The notes: generated by a model not told the origin, from the sequence alone. A stretch of 60,918 bases of DNA from an uncultured virus (IMG/VR IMGVR_UViG_3300008113_010842) (IMGVR_UViG_3300008113_010842); one strand, 5' to 3'. Shown: positions 19,198-29,449, numbered from the stretch's first letter. Translations and numbers: made by a program.

Positions 19198-20493
19198 ATG
19201 AACATCGATAGTCTTGTAAGAACTGCTGTAGAAAGAATCAAATCAAATTGGGGCTTACCAGAACATGGCTTCATTGCTGGTGGTTCAATAGCTAACATAG
19301 TTTGGGAATTAGTATCGGAAAACAAAGCGGTCGTTAATGATGTAGATGTATTCATTTTTGATGGTCTTATCTCAGAAATTGATGATAGTGATAAATCTTT
19401 ACTTTATAAGTATCAAGAAAGAGAAACAAAATTTTGGGAAGATTATACCGGAATGAGATATGGCTCAGTCAAAAAAGATTTCTATACTATTATTAGTTCT
19501 GAACACGATGGTATGTTTAATAAAGTAAAATATAAGTCTAATAAGATTGATACTGATTTGATATTAAGGTCTTTTGATATCAATGCTACAAAAGTAGGTT
19601 ATTCTGTTGAAGAAGATAAAGTTTATTGGACACCAGAATTTGAAGAATTCTTAAATACTGGTGAATTAAAAGTTTGTAATTTAATGACACCGGCTCATAC
19701 AGTAATTAGAGTTACAAAAAAGAGAGATGAACTTAATTGTAAATTAGACTACTTTGAAATAAAACTTATTAAACATGCAATTGGTGTAAGATTCAATGAT
19801 GTTTTTAAATTAAGATTCAAATCAAGATATTTTGAAATGTTTGAGAAATATTCAGACTCTCTTAGTAAAGATTTTGACATTAAAAGAGATACCGGTATAG
19901 AAGATTATGTCAGATTGAACTTTAACGAAGATACTCAAATTTATTATTTAGAGCCAAAGTATGAAGAAAAAATGAAAGATGATGATGTATCTAAATTTAT
20001 CTATGGTGAAGAGGTTTTTGTAGATGATAACATAAGAAAAATTCACAATTCTTTTGAGTTCTTATTCTATATGAGAAATATTTGGAATAAGGATAATCTA
20101 CCTCAATTGTGGGAAAAGCTTCATTTCTTTTTTAATGATGATATTAGTTATATTGATTGTCAACCAACACCTGAAGATTTAGAACTAATGAGTCGTATTG
20201 GTAAATATGCTCCAAATTCAATTGATAATCTAAAAGGTTTAAAACTTTCTCAGCAAATATCATTAGTCAAAAATGTCTTACAAAAATTTGAAGATGATCC
20301 AATTGTTGGTATTTCAATTTTAGAAAAACATAAATTAGAAGGCGTTGAGTTAAATACTGAAAATTTACTACTACTTGAGCTTTCTGTTAGAAAACAAATT
20401 GTAAATGATACAAAAGGAAAAGTAAATAAAGTTTTAGGAAAAAAAGAAATAAAAGAAGATTCACCTCTAAACAATCCAGATTGGTGGAACTAA
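19198..20493 (+). CDS. Nucleotidyltransferase with CCA-adding/poly(A) polymerase-like head domain
   Basis: FIAGGSIAN...NDVDVF (GG...DxD) and RSFDINA, similar to the RRDFTIN motif. Confidence 0.55.
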   Translation: MNIDSLVRTAVERIKSNWGLPEHGFIAGGSIANIVWELVSENKAVVNDVDVFIFDGLISEIDDSDKSLLYKYQERETKFWEDYTGMRYGSVKKDFYTIISSEHDGMFNKVKYKSNKIDTDLILRSFDINATKVGYSVEEDKVYWTPEFEEFLNTGELKVCNLMTPAHTVIRVTKKRDELNCKLDYFEIKLIKHAIGVRFNDVFKLRFKSRYFEMFEKYSDSLSKDFDIKRDTGIEDYVRLNFNEDTQIYYLEPKYEEKMKDDDVSKFIYGEEVFVDDNIRKIHNSFEFLFYMRNIWNKDNLPQLWEKLHFFFNDDISYIDCQPTPEDLELMSRIGKYAPNSIDNLKGLKLSQQISLVKNVLQKFEDDPIVGISILEKHKLEGVELNTENLLLLELSVRKQIVNDTKGKVNKVLGKKEIKEDSPLNNPDWWN

Positions 20494-20529
20494 AATTTAA
20501 TAAATAATAAACAAAAAATAAATTAAATT

Positions 20530-20874
20530 ATGGTAGCATACATAACAGAACTCAATAGTAAAACCTTTGAAGAATTCATCAATAATGAGTATTCATTAAT
20601 TGACGTATGGGCTCCCTGGTGTGGACCTTGTAAATTAATTTCTCCACTTATTGATGAGGTTTCTTCTGAATATGTTGGTAAATTATCAGTTGGTAAATTG
20701 AATGCTGATGATAATATGGAATTAGTAAAAGAATTGGCTGTAAGAAATATTCCTACTCTTCTTTTTTACAAAAATGGACAAAAACTTTTAGATAATGAAG
20801 GCAATCCTATTAAATTAGTAGGAAATGTTGATAGAGAAAAGCTTAAATCAGTGATTAACGAACACCTTTCATAA
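20530..20874 (+). CDS. trxA: Thioredoxin
   Basis: WAPWCGPCK active site. Confidence 0.95.
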   Translation: MVAYITELNSKTFEEFINNEYSLIDVWAPWCGPCKLISPLIDEVSSEYVGKLSVGKLNADDNMELVKELAVRNIPTLLFYKNGQKLLDNEGNPIKLVGNVDREKLKSVINEHLS

Positions 20875-21429
20875 ATGAATTCAAAAGAAGATTTGTGTAA
20901 ATTGATTGAAGAATCACCACTTACACTTATTGGTTACACCTTCCAGGATGAAAAGAAAAAAGACGAATTAATTTCTAATTTCAATTATGTTGAGATTAAA
21001 GAAATTGATTCGTCTTTTTCTTTTAAATCATTTTTAAGAAATGAGAAGTTAAATCATATTTTATATGATGGTAAAAAGTTTGATTATATTCTTTTAGACT
21101 TAAATGATATTCTTCCAACATCATATGATCCTTCTAAAGTTTTTAGTAGAGTTGGTTTTATTAGAAATGTCCTCGAAAGATTAAGAGAACGTATATGGAC
21201 AGAAGGAAAACCTCAATATAAAATTATTATAACTTCACCACTTAACAAAACTTTTGATAAAGCCGTGGTAACACCTCCACTGGGTAGTTTTGTTGGAGGA
21301 AATCAACCGATTTACATGTCTGATTTGGTAATAGTATTAAAAGAAAATTTAGCTAAAGTAATTAAGAATAGAAATGGTAGTGACGGTGATTATATTCTTT
21401 ATAATACTAAACAAAGTGTAGAAATTTAA
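20875..21429 (+). CDS. Hypothetical protein
   Basis: 184-aa ORF abutting thioredoxin. Confidence 0.75.
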   Translation: MNSKEDLCKLIEESPLTLIGYTFQDEKKKDELISNFNYVEIKEIDSSFSFKSFLRNEKLNHILYDGKKFDYILLDLNDILPTSYDPSKVFSRVGFIRNVLERLRERIWTEGKPQYKIIITSPLNKTFDKAVVTPPLGSFVGGNQPIYMSDLVIVLKENLAKVIKNRNGSDGDYILYNTKQSVEI

Positions 21430-21442
21430 TTATATTTGTATT

Positions 21443-21877
21443 ATGAGTATAGTAACAAATAGAAAGGCCCTTTACGAATATCACGTTTTAGAAGAATTTG
21501 AAGCCGGAATTGTGCTATTGGGTTCCGAAGTAAAGTCAATTAGAATGGGTAATGTCACCTTAACTGATTCTTTTATTTACTTGAAATCTGGTGAAGTTTG
21601 GATTAAGAATTTTAAAGTAAGTAGATATAAACAAACACATCTTTCTGAAAAGCATGATGAAGGTAGAGAAAAGAAATTACTACTTACAAAAATTCAAATT
21701 GTTAAAATATCTCGAATGATGGAAGACAAAGGAACAACTTGTGTTCCACTTTCAGTATTTTCTAAGAACAATAAACTTAAAGTTAAAATCGGAGTTGTAA
21801 AAGGTAAAAAACTTTACGATAAAAGACAATCTATTAAAGAAAGAGACATAAAAAGAGAATTACAAAGAGGGTTGTAG
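21443..21877 (+). CDS. smpB: SsrA-binding protein SmpB
   Basis: NRKA..EY...EEFEAGIVLLGSEVKSIR, REKKLLL, KGKKLYDKR. Confidence 0.95.
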   Translation: MSIVTNRKALYEYHVLEEFEAGIVLLGSEVKSIRMGNVTLTDSFIYLKSGEVWIKNFKVSRYKQTHLSEKHDEGREKKLLLTKIQIVKISRMMEDKGTTCVPLSVFSKNNKLKVKIGVVKGKKLYDKRQSIKERDIKRELQRGL

Positions 21878-21904
21878 TGTGTGTTGTTAGATTCTTCCTA
21901 CTAA

Positions 21905-23563
21905 TTAAGGAAAAATTGATTTTATATATTTTTCAATTCTATCTAACAATTTTAAATCATTATTCATTTCATCTTCTCTGTAAACAGAACCACCTTGTTC
22001 GGAGTAATCTCTAATGTAATATTTGAAATTTTCTTCACTATAAAACTCACCAATTATATTTCTCATAGAATAGGAAAGTCTGTTGAAATCATTTTGCATA
22101 AATTGTCTAATAGAACTCAATTTATTTTGAATTATCATTACATCATCTAAGTTTTGAGCATTTTCTTTTCTAACTCTATCTGTAACATAATTTCCTAATT
22201 CAAATATTTTATTAAAAGTTTTTTCAAATGCAGAACCTTTAAGTAGTGGTTTGTTAGTTAATAACTGTGTCTGATCTTTATAGTAGTTTTGATTTATACT
22301 TTTATAAAGATTTTTTATTTGTTCAATGTAGTATTCTTTTGAGTCTTCTGATATTATGTAATATAATTGTCTGCATAATGATTGTAATACACCAAGAACA
22401 TCTCTTCTATTTAATGATAAATTTATGTAAGCTGAGTCTCCAGCTAAACATTTATTTACAATTCTACCTAAATTACTTAAATCTTCTACTGATATTTCTA
22501 AATTACTTGATAATTTAGAAATGTATCTTTCTATATTTTCTTTTTTAATTTTTTCATCACTCATAAAAGATAAGGCTCCTTCTTTTTCTTCTGATCTTTT
22601 TCTTTTTATATCAGAAGGTTTTTCATAAAAAATTGCATCTTTATCTGGATTAATCATATCATCAAAGTAAAGAACAAGTGCAAAATCAGCCTCTTTTATT
22701 TTATCCTGACTAGTAATTGAAAATTGAGAACGACCCCATTGGCTAAATGCAATCCTATTAGTTAGTGGTAAGTTCCAAGATAATGGATTTTCTTCAGTTT
22801 CTTTTTCTTCTTTTTCTTCTTTTTCTTCAGGTGGTTGTATATAATGTAGTTCATCTGATGATGGTCTAAAATAGTGAAGTTTTCTATGGTCATTTCCCAT
22901 TTCGTCTTTATCGTACAACCACCAAGATAGATCACCAAATTGAGTCCATTGTCTCCATTCTTGATTATTTTCCGGATATGATCCAGAACAAACACCCTGT
23001 ATCGCATAAGTCCTATTTCTATCACCCCTATCTACAAAGATTTTAGCAAATGTAATATTATCTTCACGATATGATGAGTCAAATTGACCAATTACGGTTT
23101 GTCCAGTTTGTAATTTTTTATAGTCAGTTACTGGCCAAATTTCACCAGTTCTTGTTATATTTTGTTTTATAAATCTTAAATCCGACTCGGAAAAAGGCTC
23201 AGCTGATCTTAATCCATCATTGTATTCACCACTTGAACCGCTACTATGTTCTTTTTCATCATTTCCCGTTCCAGTAAAACCTAAATACCCTTTATCTAAT
23301 GAAAACCAAAACTTTATTAACCAAATTCCTCTTGAGTTTGTTACTTTTTCTTCAGCTCTTAGTTTTAAAGCTTTTTTTGCACTCATATACTTTAAATCAT
23401 CATCTGAAATTTTATCAATTGGGAAATCAACAATTTGCATAAATTGTCTCAAGTATTCTAAAAAATTCTCTTGAGATGAACTACCAACTTTGTTTCTTAA
23501 AAAATTTAAGGTATTAGAAATTCCTTTAGATTTAAAAGCTTCGTAAAATTTCAAATATTTCAT
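21905..23563 (-). CDS. Hypothetical protein, possible virion internal protein (start re-assigned to MKYLKFYEAF)
   Basis: ATG at 23563 follows TTTAATATATA and begins the shared N-terminal motif; 552 aa. Confidence 0.75.
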   Translation of the reverse strand: MKYLKFYEAFKSKGISNTLNFLRNKVGSSSQENFLEYLRQFMQIVDFPIDKISDDDLKYMSAKKALKLRAEEKVTNSRGIWLIKFWFSLDKGYLGFTGTGNDEKEHSSGSSGEYNDGLRSAEPFSESDLRFIKQNITRTGEIWPVTDYKKLQTGQTVIGQFDSSYREDNITFAKIFVDRGDRNRTYAIQGVCSGSYPENNQEWRQWTQFGDLSWWLYDKDEMGNDHRKLHYFRPSSDELHYIQPPEEKEEKEEKETEENPLSWNLPLTNRIAFSQWGRSQFSITSQDKIKEADFALVLYFDDMINPDKDAIFYEKPSDIKRKRSEEKEGALSFMSDEKIKKENIERYISKLSSNLEISVEDLSNLGRIVNKCLAGDSAYINLSLNRRDVLGVLQSLCRQLYYIISEDSKEYYIEQIKNLYKSINQNYYKDQTQLLTNKPLLKGSAFEKTFNKIFELGNYVTDRVRKENAQNLDDVMIIQNKLSSIRQFMQNDFNRLSYSMRNIIGEFYSEENFKYYIRDYSEQGGSVYREDEMNNDLKLLDRIEKYIKSIFP

Positions 23564-23580
23564 ATTTGTATATATTAAAG

Positions 23581-23612
23581 TTTGTGACTCAAAAACTTTT
23601 TTTATATCTTTG
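23581..23612 (+). promoter_or_regulatory. Bacteroidota housekeeping-sigma promoter
   Basis: TTTG-N20-TATCTTTG. Confidence 0.7.
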
Positions 23613-23616
23613 TATA

Positions 23617-24050
23617 CAATTAAAAAGACATTAAGACAATAGTTTCTATACAGATATGGAACAAGTGAAAACTTCAATAATCTCTGAATATGTAAATTTA
23701 TTTTGTGAGTCTTAGTGTAATTATGGTGGTAAGTAGCTGACAAATAAATTAACACTCTTACTAAAAATCAGTGAACCACCTTGTATTTATATTATATGAT
23801 AGTATACAAGAGTGTAGATATGAAAATTTGTGTTGGTGGAAGTATCTGTAGTTATATTAAGAAAAAATAACAACACTAAAGAGATTTTAAACGAGCAGAA
23901 TGGTAACACTGCTCAACCGAGGCGATGAGCATATTAAAAGGCAATCCTAAGTGATGAGGTCACTAAAAGTTAAGTTGAAGCGAGTAATACATAGCGGAGA
24001 GGTTCTAGGGTTTCGACCATACTTAACAGACGTTCCAAAACTCTCTTTAA
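23617..24050 (+). ncRNA. Candidate large structured non-coding RNA, family unassigned
   Basis: Promoter-led, ORF-poor interval with at least nine complementary pairings, including long-range and pseudoknot pairings. Confidence 0.55.
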
Positions 24051-24065
24051 AAAATAAATTTTAAA

Positions 24066-25925
24066 ATGAATAGTATCAGTGATACAAATGATTACAAAGA
24101 ATTTTGTACTATAGCTACTCAAAATGATGAAGTTTTTAAAAGTTTCAAAATTAATCCAACTTATAATGGTATACTTGAACATGTTTCATATGAACAAGGA
24201 CTTCTTTATCTACAATACCTAAATAATAATTTTCCAGAATTTATTGAAAAAATAGAACTTTTTAAAAAAAATGATTTATTAGGTTCGCCTAAAACTTATA
24301 TCTATGAAAATATAGGTCGAATATCACCAACCACACTCAGGTATATAAAAGTATTGAGTGATTTGAAAAATTTATTTGGTGATCTTAGTGGAAAAAAAAT
24401 TATTGAAATTGGTGTTGGTTATGGTGGTCAATGTTTTATATTAAATCAATTATTTAATATAAAAGAATATGTGTTAGTTGATTTAGACGAAGCACTTTTA
24501 CTTAGTAAAAAATACCTTTCGAATTTAGGAGTCGAACATAGAGTTTTAAAAATAGATGAAATAGATAATTTAGATGAAGATTTTGATTTAGTCATAAGTA
24601 ATTATGCGTACTCCGAATTAAGTAGAGAATTACAAGAAATATATTATGATAAAATAATCAAAAAGTCAAAAAATGGATATTTTACATTTAACTTTATAAG
24701 TGATATCTTTGGAATCAATTCATTTAGTTATGAAGAAGTAGTTGAAAAGTTTAGTGAAAAAAATCTACAAATTTTAACAGAATATCCGGAAACTTTTGAA
24801 AATAATAAAATAATTTATTTTAATTCTGAATCTCACTCTCAAGTCAAACAAGATCTTTGGGTTTTAGAAATGACAAAATATAAAAAAGGTGGTTTTTTTT
24901 TAGATGTCGGTGCCTATGATGGTGTAAGTTTTTCTAATTCCTATTTATTAGAAAAAAATTATGATTGGAAAGGTTTATTAATTGAAGCTCACCCGGACAC
25001 TTTCAAAAGATTATGTGAGTATAGAAATAACATTTGTTTAAATTATGCCGTTACTAGTCAATCCGGTAAAGTAAAATTTGAAAATTTTAGTTATACTGGT
25101 AGTAAAATTTCAGAAAACGGTGAGTTGATTGTAGATTCAATAAACTTTATAGACATTTTCAAAAACAACTTTGTTCCCAAAACTATTGATTATATGAGTT
25201 TAGATATAGAAGGAGGAGAATATGATGCTTTACTATCTTTTCCATTTGAAGAATATATCTGTAATCTAATGACCATTGAGCATAATTTATATATCGATGG
25301 TCCTGAAAAGAAACAAATGATTATTGAACTACTTTTATCAAAAGGTTATGTTTTGTATAGAGAAAACGTGGAATGTGATGGTAATCCATTTGAAGATTGG
25401 TATGTTCATAATACCTTCTTTGTTCAAAAGAAGTTCAGTCAGATATTTAGTAAGCTAAAAATAGATGGTGTAATTAATATTGGTCAGTATACTATAGAAA
25501 AAAAAGAAATGTTTTTAACTTCGACTGATAAAATTATTTGTATAGAACCTTCGGATAGAAAAACAGATATCTCTATTGAAGAGTATTATAATTTTTTTGT
25601 TTCCGATAAAGAAGATATGTACTATCTTTTAGAAGAAAATCAAGTTTTAAAATCTAAAAGAATGGATTCAATAATCGAAGAATATAACATTAGTATAGGT
25701 TTGTATAATTTTTTAATAATAAATATGGAAGAACCAATTTCAGTCATCAAAAGCTTTGATAATTTTATAAATAATATGGAATTTATTTACATAGAATTAA
25801 AAGAAAATAATAACTCTGAAAATAAAATTGAAGAAATTACTAAATATCTTCAAAATTATAATTTTAAAAATTTAGAATTGTTTTTAGTTAATAATAAAAT
25901 TGATTCTATATTATTACAAAAATAA
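24066..25925 (+). CDS. Multi-domain SAM methyltransferase (sugar O-methyltransferase-like + FkbM-like)
   Basis: EIGVGYGG and LVISNYAYSEL; second domain FLDVGAYDG..SNS...IDYMSLDIEGGE. Confidence 0.8.
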   Translation: MNSISDTNDYKEFCTIATQNDEVFKSFKINPTYNGILEHVSYEQGLLYLQYLNNNFPEFIEKIELFKKNDLLGSPKTYIYENIGRISPTTLRYIKVLSDLKNLFGDLSGKKIIEIGVGYGGQCFILNQLFNIKEYVLVDLDEALLLSKKYLSNLGVEHRVLKIDEIDNLDEDFDLVISNYAYSELSRELQEIYYDKIIKKSKNGYFTFNFISDIFGINSFSYEEVVEKFSEKNLQILTEYPETFENNKIIYFNSESHSQVKQDLWVLEMTKYKKGGFFLDVGAYDGVSFSNSYLLEKNYDWKGLLIEAHPDTFKRLCEYRNNICLNYAVTSQSGKVKFENFSYTGSKISENGELIVDSINFIDIFKNNFVPKTIDYMSLDIEGGEYDALLSFPFEEYICNLMTIEHNLYIDGPEKKQMIIELLLSKGYVLYRENVECDGNPFEDWYVHNTFFVQKKFSQIFSKLKIDGVINIGQYTIEKKEMFLTSTDKIICIEPSDRKTDISIEEYYNFFVSDKEDMYYLLEENQVLKSKRMDSIIEEYNISIGLYNFLIINMEEPISVIKSFDNFINNMEFIYIELKENNNSENKIEEITKYLQNYNFKNLELFLVNNKIDSILLQK

Positions 25926-25934
25926 ATTAATAAA

Positions 25935-26489
25935 ATGAACATAAGCACTTTGTCGGAAAAATTTGGTAGACCTAAAGGTATAATTCATGTTAGTCCACAA
26001 TTTTTTTTTATGAGGAATGCCTATCTTAACCTGAGTATATCTAATATAGTTTGGATAGAATCTAATCCCTTCTTTTATGAATTAGGTCTAAAAATTATTG
26101 AAACTGATTTTGAATTTTTATATAATAATAATATAGGTAGTATGAATGTAGGAATGAATCTTTCTGTTGATGGTGGTGAAAATACATTTCATCTTATAGA
26201 ATCTCTCAGTCTTTCAACACTTATAAACAATAATAAATTAGATATTAACAATTATGATTATTTATACATAGGTAGACAAGTGTCAAACTTAGAACTCGAT
26301 TTATTTGATTTAGATAGCTTCAAGTATATAACTATAGAAACTACAACTCTTAAAAAAGATTCTACATATTACTCAAAGTCTGTAAAAAATTACATGAAAG
26401 AAAAAAGATTTAAGTTGGTCAATCAAGATTTAAATTCTAATTTTCTTTTACTTACATTTTTAAAGAAAAGAAAATATAATAAAAAATGA
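25935..26489 (+). CDS. Degenerate FkbM-like protein
   Basis: KGIIHV...IVWIESNP...FKYITIE resembles the FkbM fold without an intact SAM motif. Confidence 0.45.
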   Translation: MNISTLSEKFGRPKGIIHVSPQFFFMRNAYLNLSISNIVWIESNPFFYELGLKIIETDFEFLYNNNIGSMNVGMNLSVDGGENTFHLIESLSLSTLINNNKLDINNYDYLYIGRQVSNLELDLFDLDSFKYITIETTTLKKDSTYYSKSVKNYMKEKRFKLVNQDLNSNFLLLTFLKKRKYNKK

Positions 26490-26515
26490 TTATATTTGTA
26501 GAAATATAAACTATT

Positions 26516-26944
26516 ATGATAAAAGAACAAATTAACAAAGACTACCTGACAGCATTCAAAGCAAAGAATACTGTTGCTAAAAACTTACTTTCTGTTGTGA
26601 AAGGAGAAATTCAAACTATTGAAAAAAATACAGGAGTTGAAAACCTCTCTGATGAAGAAGTTATAAAAATTTTAACAAAGACATCAAAGTCTTTAAAAGA
26701 AACAATTAAATCTCTATCACCGATTGATGGTAAAGGTGAAGATATAGTTCAAGCTTGTTCAGAGTTAGCAATAATCGAATGTTATTTGCCAAAACAAATG
26801 AGTAAAGAAGAAATTACTCAAAAAGTAACAGAAATTGTGAATTCCGGAGTAACTAATATTGGAGCAATAATGAAAGAATTTGCTCAATTACCAGCTGATA
26901 AAAAAATAGTTTCTGAGGTAGTAAAACAAATTGTAAATAGTTAA
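26516..26944 (+). CDS. GatB/YqeY domain protein
   Basis: I..D...AFKAK....LL..VKGEI...LSDEEVIKIL...E..IIE.YLPKQMS.EEI...IGAIMK. Confidence 0.85.
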   Translation: MIKEQINKDYLTAFKAKNTVAKNLLSVVKGEIQTIEKNTGVENLSDEEVIKILTKTSKSLKETIKSLSPIDGKGEDIVQACSELAIIECYLPKQMSKEEITQKVTEIVNSGVTNIGAIMKEFAQLPADKKIVSEVVKQIVNS

Positions 26945-27186
26945 AATTCTGAAAATCTTAAAATATGATTTTCGGATACCTTATCTGGTAGATTTTGATG
27001 TTTTGTACTTGCAAAGTCTTTTAGTTTTTTTAGGTTTGACTTATATAATTTAGTTCCTTTTTTCTCACCTTTGATAAAAGATTTTGCAATTTTTTTTACT
27101 GAATCAGAAGCTTTAGGCATGTCACCTTTTGCATAAGAATATGCCATACCCATTAATTTCTGTTGTTTTTTTGACACTGAAGGCAT
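26941..27186 (-). CDS. DUF3008-like small protein
   Basis: MPSVSKKQQKLMGMA...FASTKHQNLP pattern; C-terminal HILRFSEF motif. Confidence 0.6.
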   Translation of the reverse strand: MPSVSKKQQKLMGMAYSYAKGDMPKASDSVKKIAKSFIKGEKKGTKLYKSNLKKLKDFASTKHQNLPDKVSENHILRFSEF

Positions 27187-27221
27187 GAAATTTAATATTT
27201 AATTATATATTAAATTAAAAA

Positions 27222-28043
27222 TCATATTCTTATCCAATTATCTGGTATTAAATCATTAGTATTAATATCTTCTCTATTAAACCATCTTTTTGGTGAGATA
27301 ACAATTTTATCTGTGTTTGTATTTAACCAAGCGGACCACCAAGCAAAAGTGCTATTAGGAATAATAAAATGTTTACAATTAGACATTAGTTGTAAATAAT
27401 AACTAAATTTATATCCTTTATATTTATGGTCAACTATTGTCATGTTTTTCAAATTAATATTTTGACTACACCATTCAATATCATCAGAGAATATAAAAAA
27501 CTCTGGCTGATTTACTTTAGAACTTATAATTTCAACAGATTTATTTATATAATCTAAACCAATTACCCCATGAAAATCATTATTTAGATAATCAGTCCTT
27601 CTTATATTGAGCATAACTGAATTAGAATTTCTAATTTTAGCAAGTAAATGTTTTGTGTAGATATCGGAATTTTCTATATTATCCTTAAAGTTGAAATGTC
27701 TTCTTAATTCTACTTCATCAAAATACAAATAACTTTGCCATTGTCCTAACAATAGGACATTTTTATCTATATTTTTTTCAACAATTTTATCTATTTCTAA
27801 GTTGTGATGAAAGAATTTTTCCTCGATTATGAAATTATTATCTGGTACTACAAAATTCGGCGAAATATTAAATATATCTAAATCATAATCTCGATAAGTA
27901 AACAAATTTCCAAAATCTCTACGTTTTAGATATGATAAATCTAAAGAAAAATCTAAATTATATTTTTTTGATAAATTTAAAGCGATGGCATACTGAAACA
28001 TTTGATTTCCTAAACCACCCATTAATTGAGTCGAAATCATCAA
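27222..28043 (-). CDS. GT11 alpha-1,2-fucosyltransferase-like protein
   Basis: GGLGNQMFQYA, IRRTDY, FIFSDDIEW, NSTFAWW.AWL. Confidence 0.9.
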   Translation of the reverse strand: MMISTQLMGGLGNQMFQYAIALNLSKKYNLDFSLDLSYLKRRDFGNLFTYRDYDLDIFNISPNFVVPDNNFIIEEKFFHHNLEIDKIVEKNIDKNVLLLGQWQSYLYFDEVELRRHFNFKDNIENSDIYTKHLLAKIRNSNSVMLNIRRTDYLNNDFHGVIGLDYINKSVEIISSKVNQPEFFIFSDDIEWCSQNINLKNMTIVDHKYKGYKFSYYLQLMSNCKHFIIPNSTFAWWSAWLNTNTDKIVISPKRWFNREDINTNDLIPDNWIRI

Positions 28044-29107
28044 TTTTTTTTATTTTTTTCAAATTGAACCATTTGATTTATAGTGTCTTCTAAACTGATA
28101 GTTATATTCCAGTCAGGATAATTTTTTTTGAATTTTGATAAATCGGAAATATACCAAATATGGTCACCAATTCTATTTTCCTCAGAGATAGTATAGTTGG
28201 ACCAGTTAGTTTCAGCAATTTTATTGATAGTATCAATTGCTTCTAATATAGAAGTTGAGTTTTCTCTACCACCACCCGCATTATAAACTTCACCCTGTTT
28301 AGGATTTTGATGAAAATGCCAAAACATATTAACTAAGTCCCAAGAATGTATATTATCTCTTACTTGTTTTCCTTTGTAACCAAATATTGTATATGGTTTA
28401 TCATTTACTACACATTTAACTAAATACGAAAGAAATCCGTGTAGTTCAGCACCAGCATGATTAGGTCCTGTCAAACAACCACCCCTGAATACACCAACAT
28501 TCATACCAAAGTATTTACCATATTCTTGACACATAATATCAGCTGCGACTTTAGAGGCACCAAACACAGAATGTTTAGTATGGTCAATTGACATTGTTTC
28601 ATCTATTGACATTGGATTTCCTAAATCATCAACACATTCCCATCTTGATTCTCTTTCTTGTAAATATGGGGATTTATTAGGAGTGTCACCATAAACCTTA
28701 TTAGTAGAGGTAAAAATGAATGTAGCATCAGGACAATTTAATCTTGTCAACTCTAGCATATTCATAGTTCCTAAAGCGTTAACACCAAAGTCGGTAATTG
28801 GTTCTTTGACTGCCCAATCATGAGATGGTTGAGCGGCTGTGTGAATCACAATTTCAATTTCATATTTATACTTACCAAATATTTCATTTAATTTATCATA
28901 GTCTCTTATATCAACATTATAGTGTTCATAATCAGATATATTTGATTTTATTGATTCTAATGAATCTTTAGTAGAAGAACCTTCTCCAAAGAAATAAGCT
29001 CTCATATCGTTGTCTATGCCAATAATTTTATAGCCTCTTTCACTGAAGAAACTACAAGCTTGAGAACCGATAAGTCCGGCTGAGCCTGTTATTAAAGCTA
29101 TTTTCAT
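28040..29107 (-). CDS. NAD-dependent nucleotide-sugar epimerase/dehydratase (CDP-paratose 2-epimerase-like)
   Basis: ITGSAGLIGS, HTAAQPSHD, STNKVYGD, GKQVRDNIH. Confidence 0.9.
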   Translation of the reverse strand: MKIALITGSAGLIGSQACSFFSERGYKIIGIDNDMRAYFFGEGSSTKDSLESIKSNISDYEHYNVDIRDYDKLNEIFGKYKYEIEIVIHTAAQPSHDWAVKEPITDFGVNALGTMNMLELTRLNCPDATFIFTSTNKVYGDTPNKSPYLQERESRWECVDDLGNPMSIDETMSIDHTKHSVFGASKVAADIMCQEYGKYFGMNVGVFRGGCLTGPNHAGAELHGFLSYLVKCVVNDKPYTIFGYKGKQVRDNIHSWDLVNMFWHFHQNPKQGEVYNAGGGRENSTSILEAIDTINKIAETNWSNYTISEENRIGDHIWYISDLSKFKKNYPDWNITISLEDTINQMVQFEKNKKN

Positions 29108-29138
29108 ATAAATTATATTCTAATAATTTATTAATGTT

Positions 29139-29238
29139 TTTGGACATTTAAAATATATCCGTATATTTGTAATCATATTAATAAATGATAAAAAATAGAT
29201 ATAAAATTTGGTAGATTTAAAACTTTTTACTAATTTTG
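29139..29238 (+). promoter_or_regulatory. Two tandem Bacteroidota-type promoters upstream of leader 1
   Basis: TTTG(29139)-N19-TATATTTG and TTTG(29207)-N20-TAATTTTG. Confidence 0.75.
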
Positions 29239-29294
29239 TATAAAATAAGAACAAAATAACAAAAGAGAATTAAACAATTTAATATATAATAAAA

Positions 29295-29393
29295 ATGAGA
29301 GCAATTCGTAAACATAGCACATTTAGTAAATCGTCTTGGTTTAGTCACCAAGGTTCGGTACTAAAAGAGTATTGCTCAAATTTAAAGGTATAA
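29295..29393 (+). CDS. Attenuator leader peptide 1, MRAIRKHSTFSKSSWFSHQGSVLKEYCSNLKV
   Basis: R/K/H/S/F/W codon patch matches array 1; contains AGGTTCGG, complementary to the terminator arm. Confidence 0.8.
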   Translation: MRAIRKHSTFSKSSWFSHQGSVLKEYCSNLKV

Positions 29394-29417
29394 AAACTTA
29401 TAAAGACAATATAATTT

Positions 29418-29449
29418 AACCCGAACCTCGAAAGAAGTTCGGGTTTTTT
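29418..29449 (+). terminator. Attenuator terminator 1
   Basis: AACCCGAAC-CTCGAAAGAA-GTTCGGGTT followed by a T-tract. Confidence 0.85.

Noticed and set aside
23939..23960. GGCAATCCTAAG resembling the Q element of group I introns
   Set aside because: No recognisable R/S (P7) elements and no interrupted host gene
21878..24060. tmRNA or RNase P RNA near smpB
   Set aside because: No Ala-type acceptor ends with T arm and CCA, and no GAGGAAAGUCC RNase P motif found
23564..24182. 64-aa N-terminal extension of the 21905 ORF and the 70-aa minus ORF at 23970-24182
   Set aside because: A better ATG with motif and promoter lies at 23563; both overlap the structured RNA candidate or the next gene and look non-coding
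29240..29449. T-box riboswitch explanation for the leaders
   Set aside because: No T-box consensus (UGGNACC bulge) or specifier stem; each leader instead has an ATG-to-stop ORF with a codon patch
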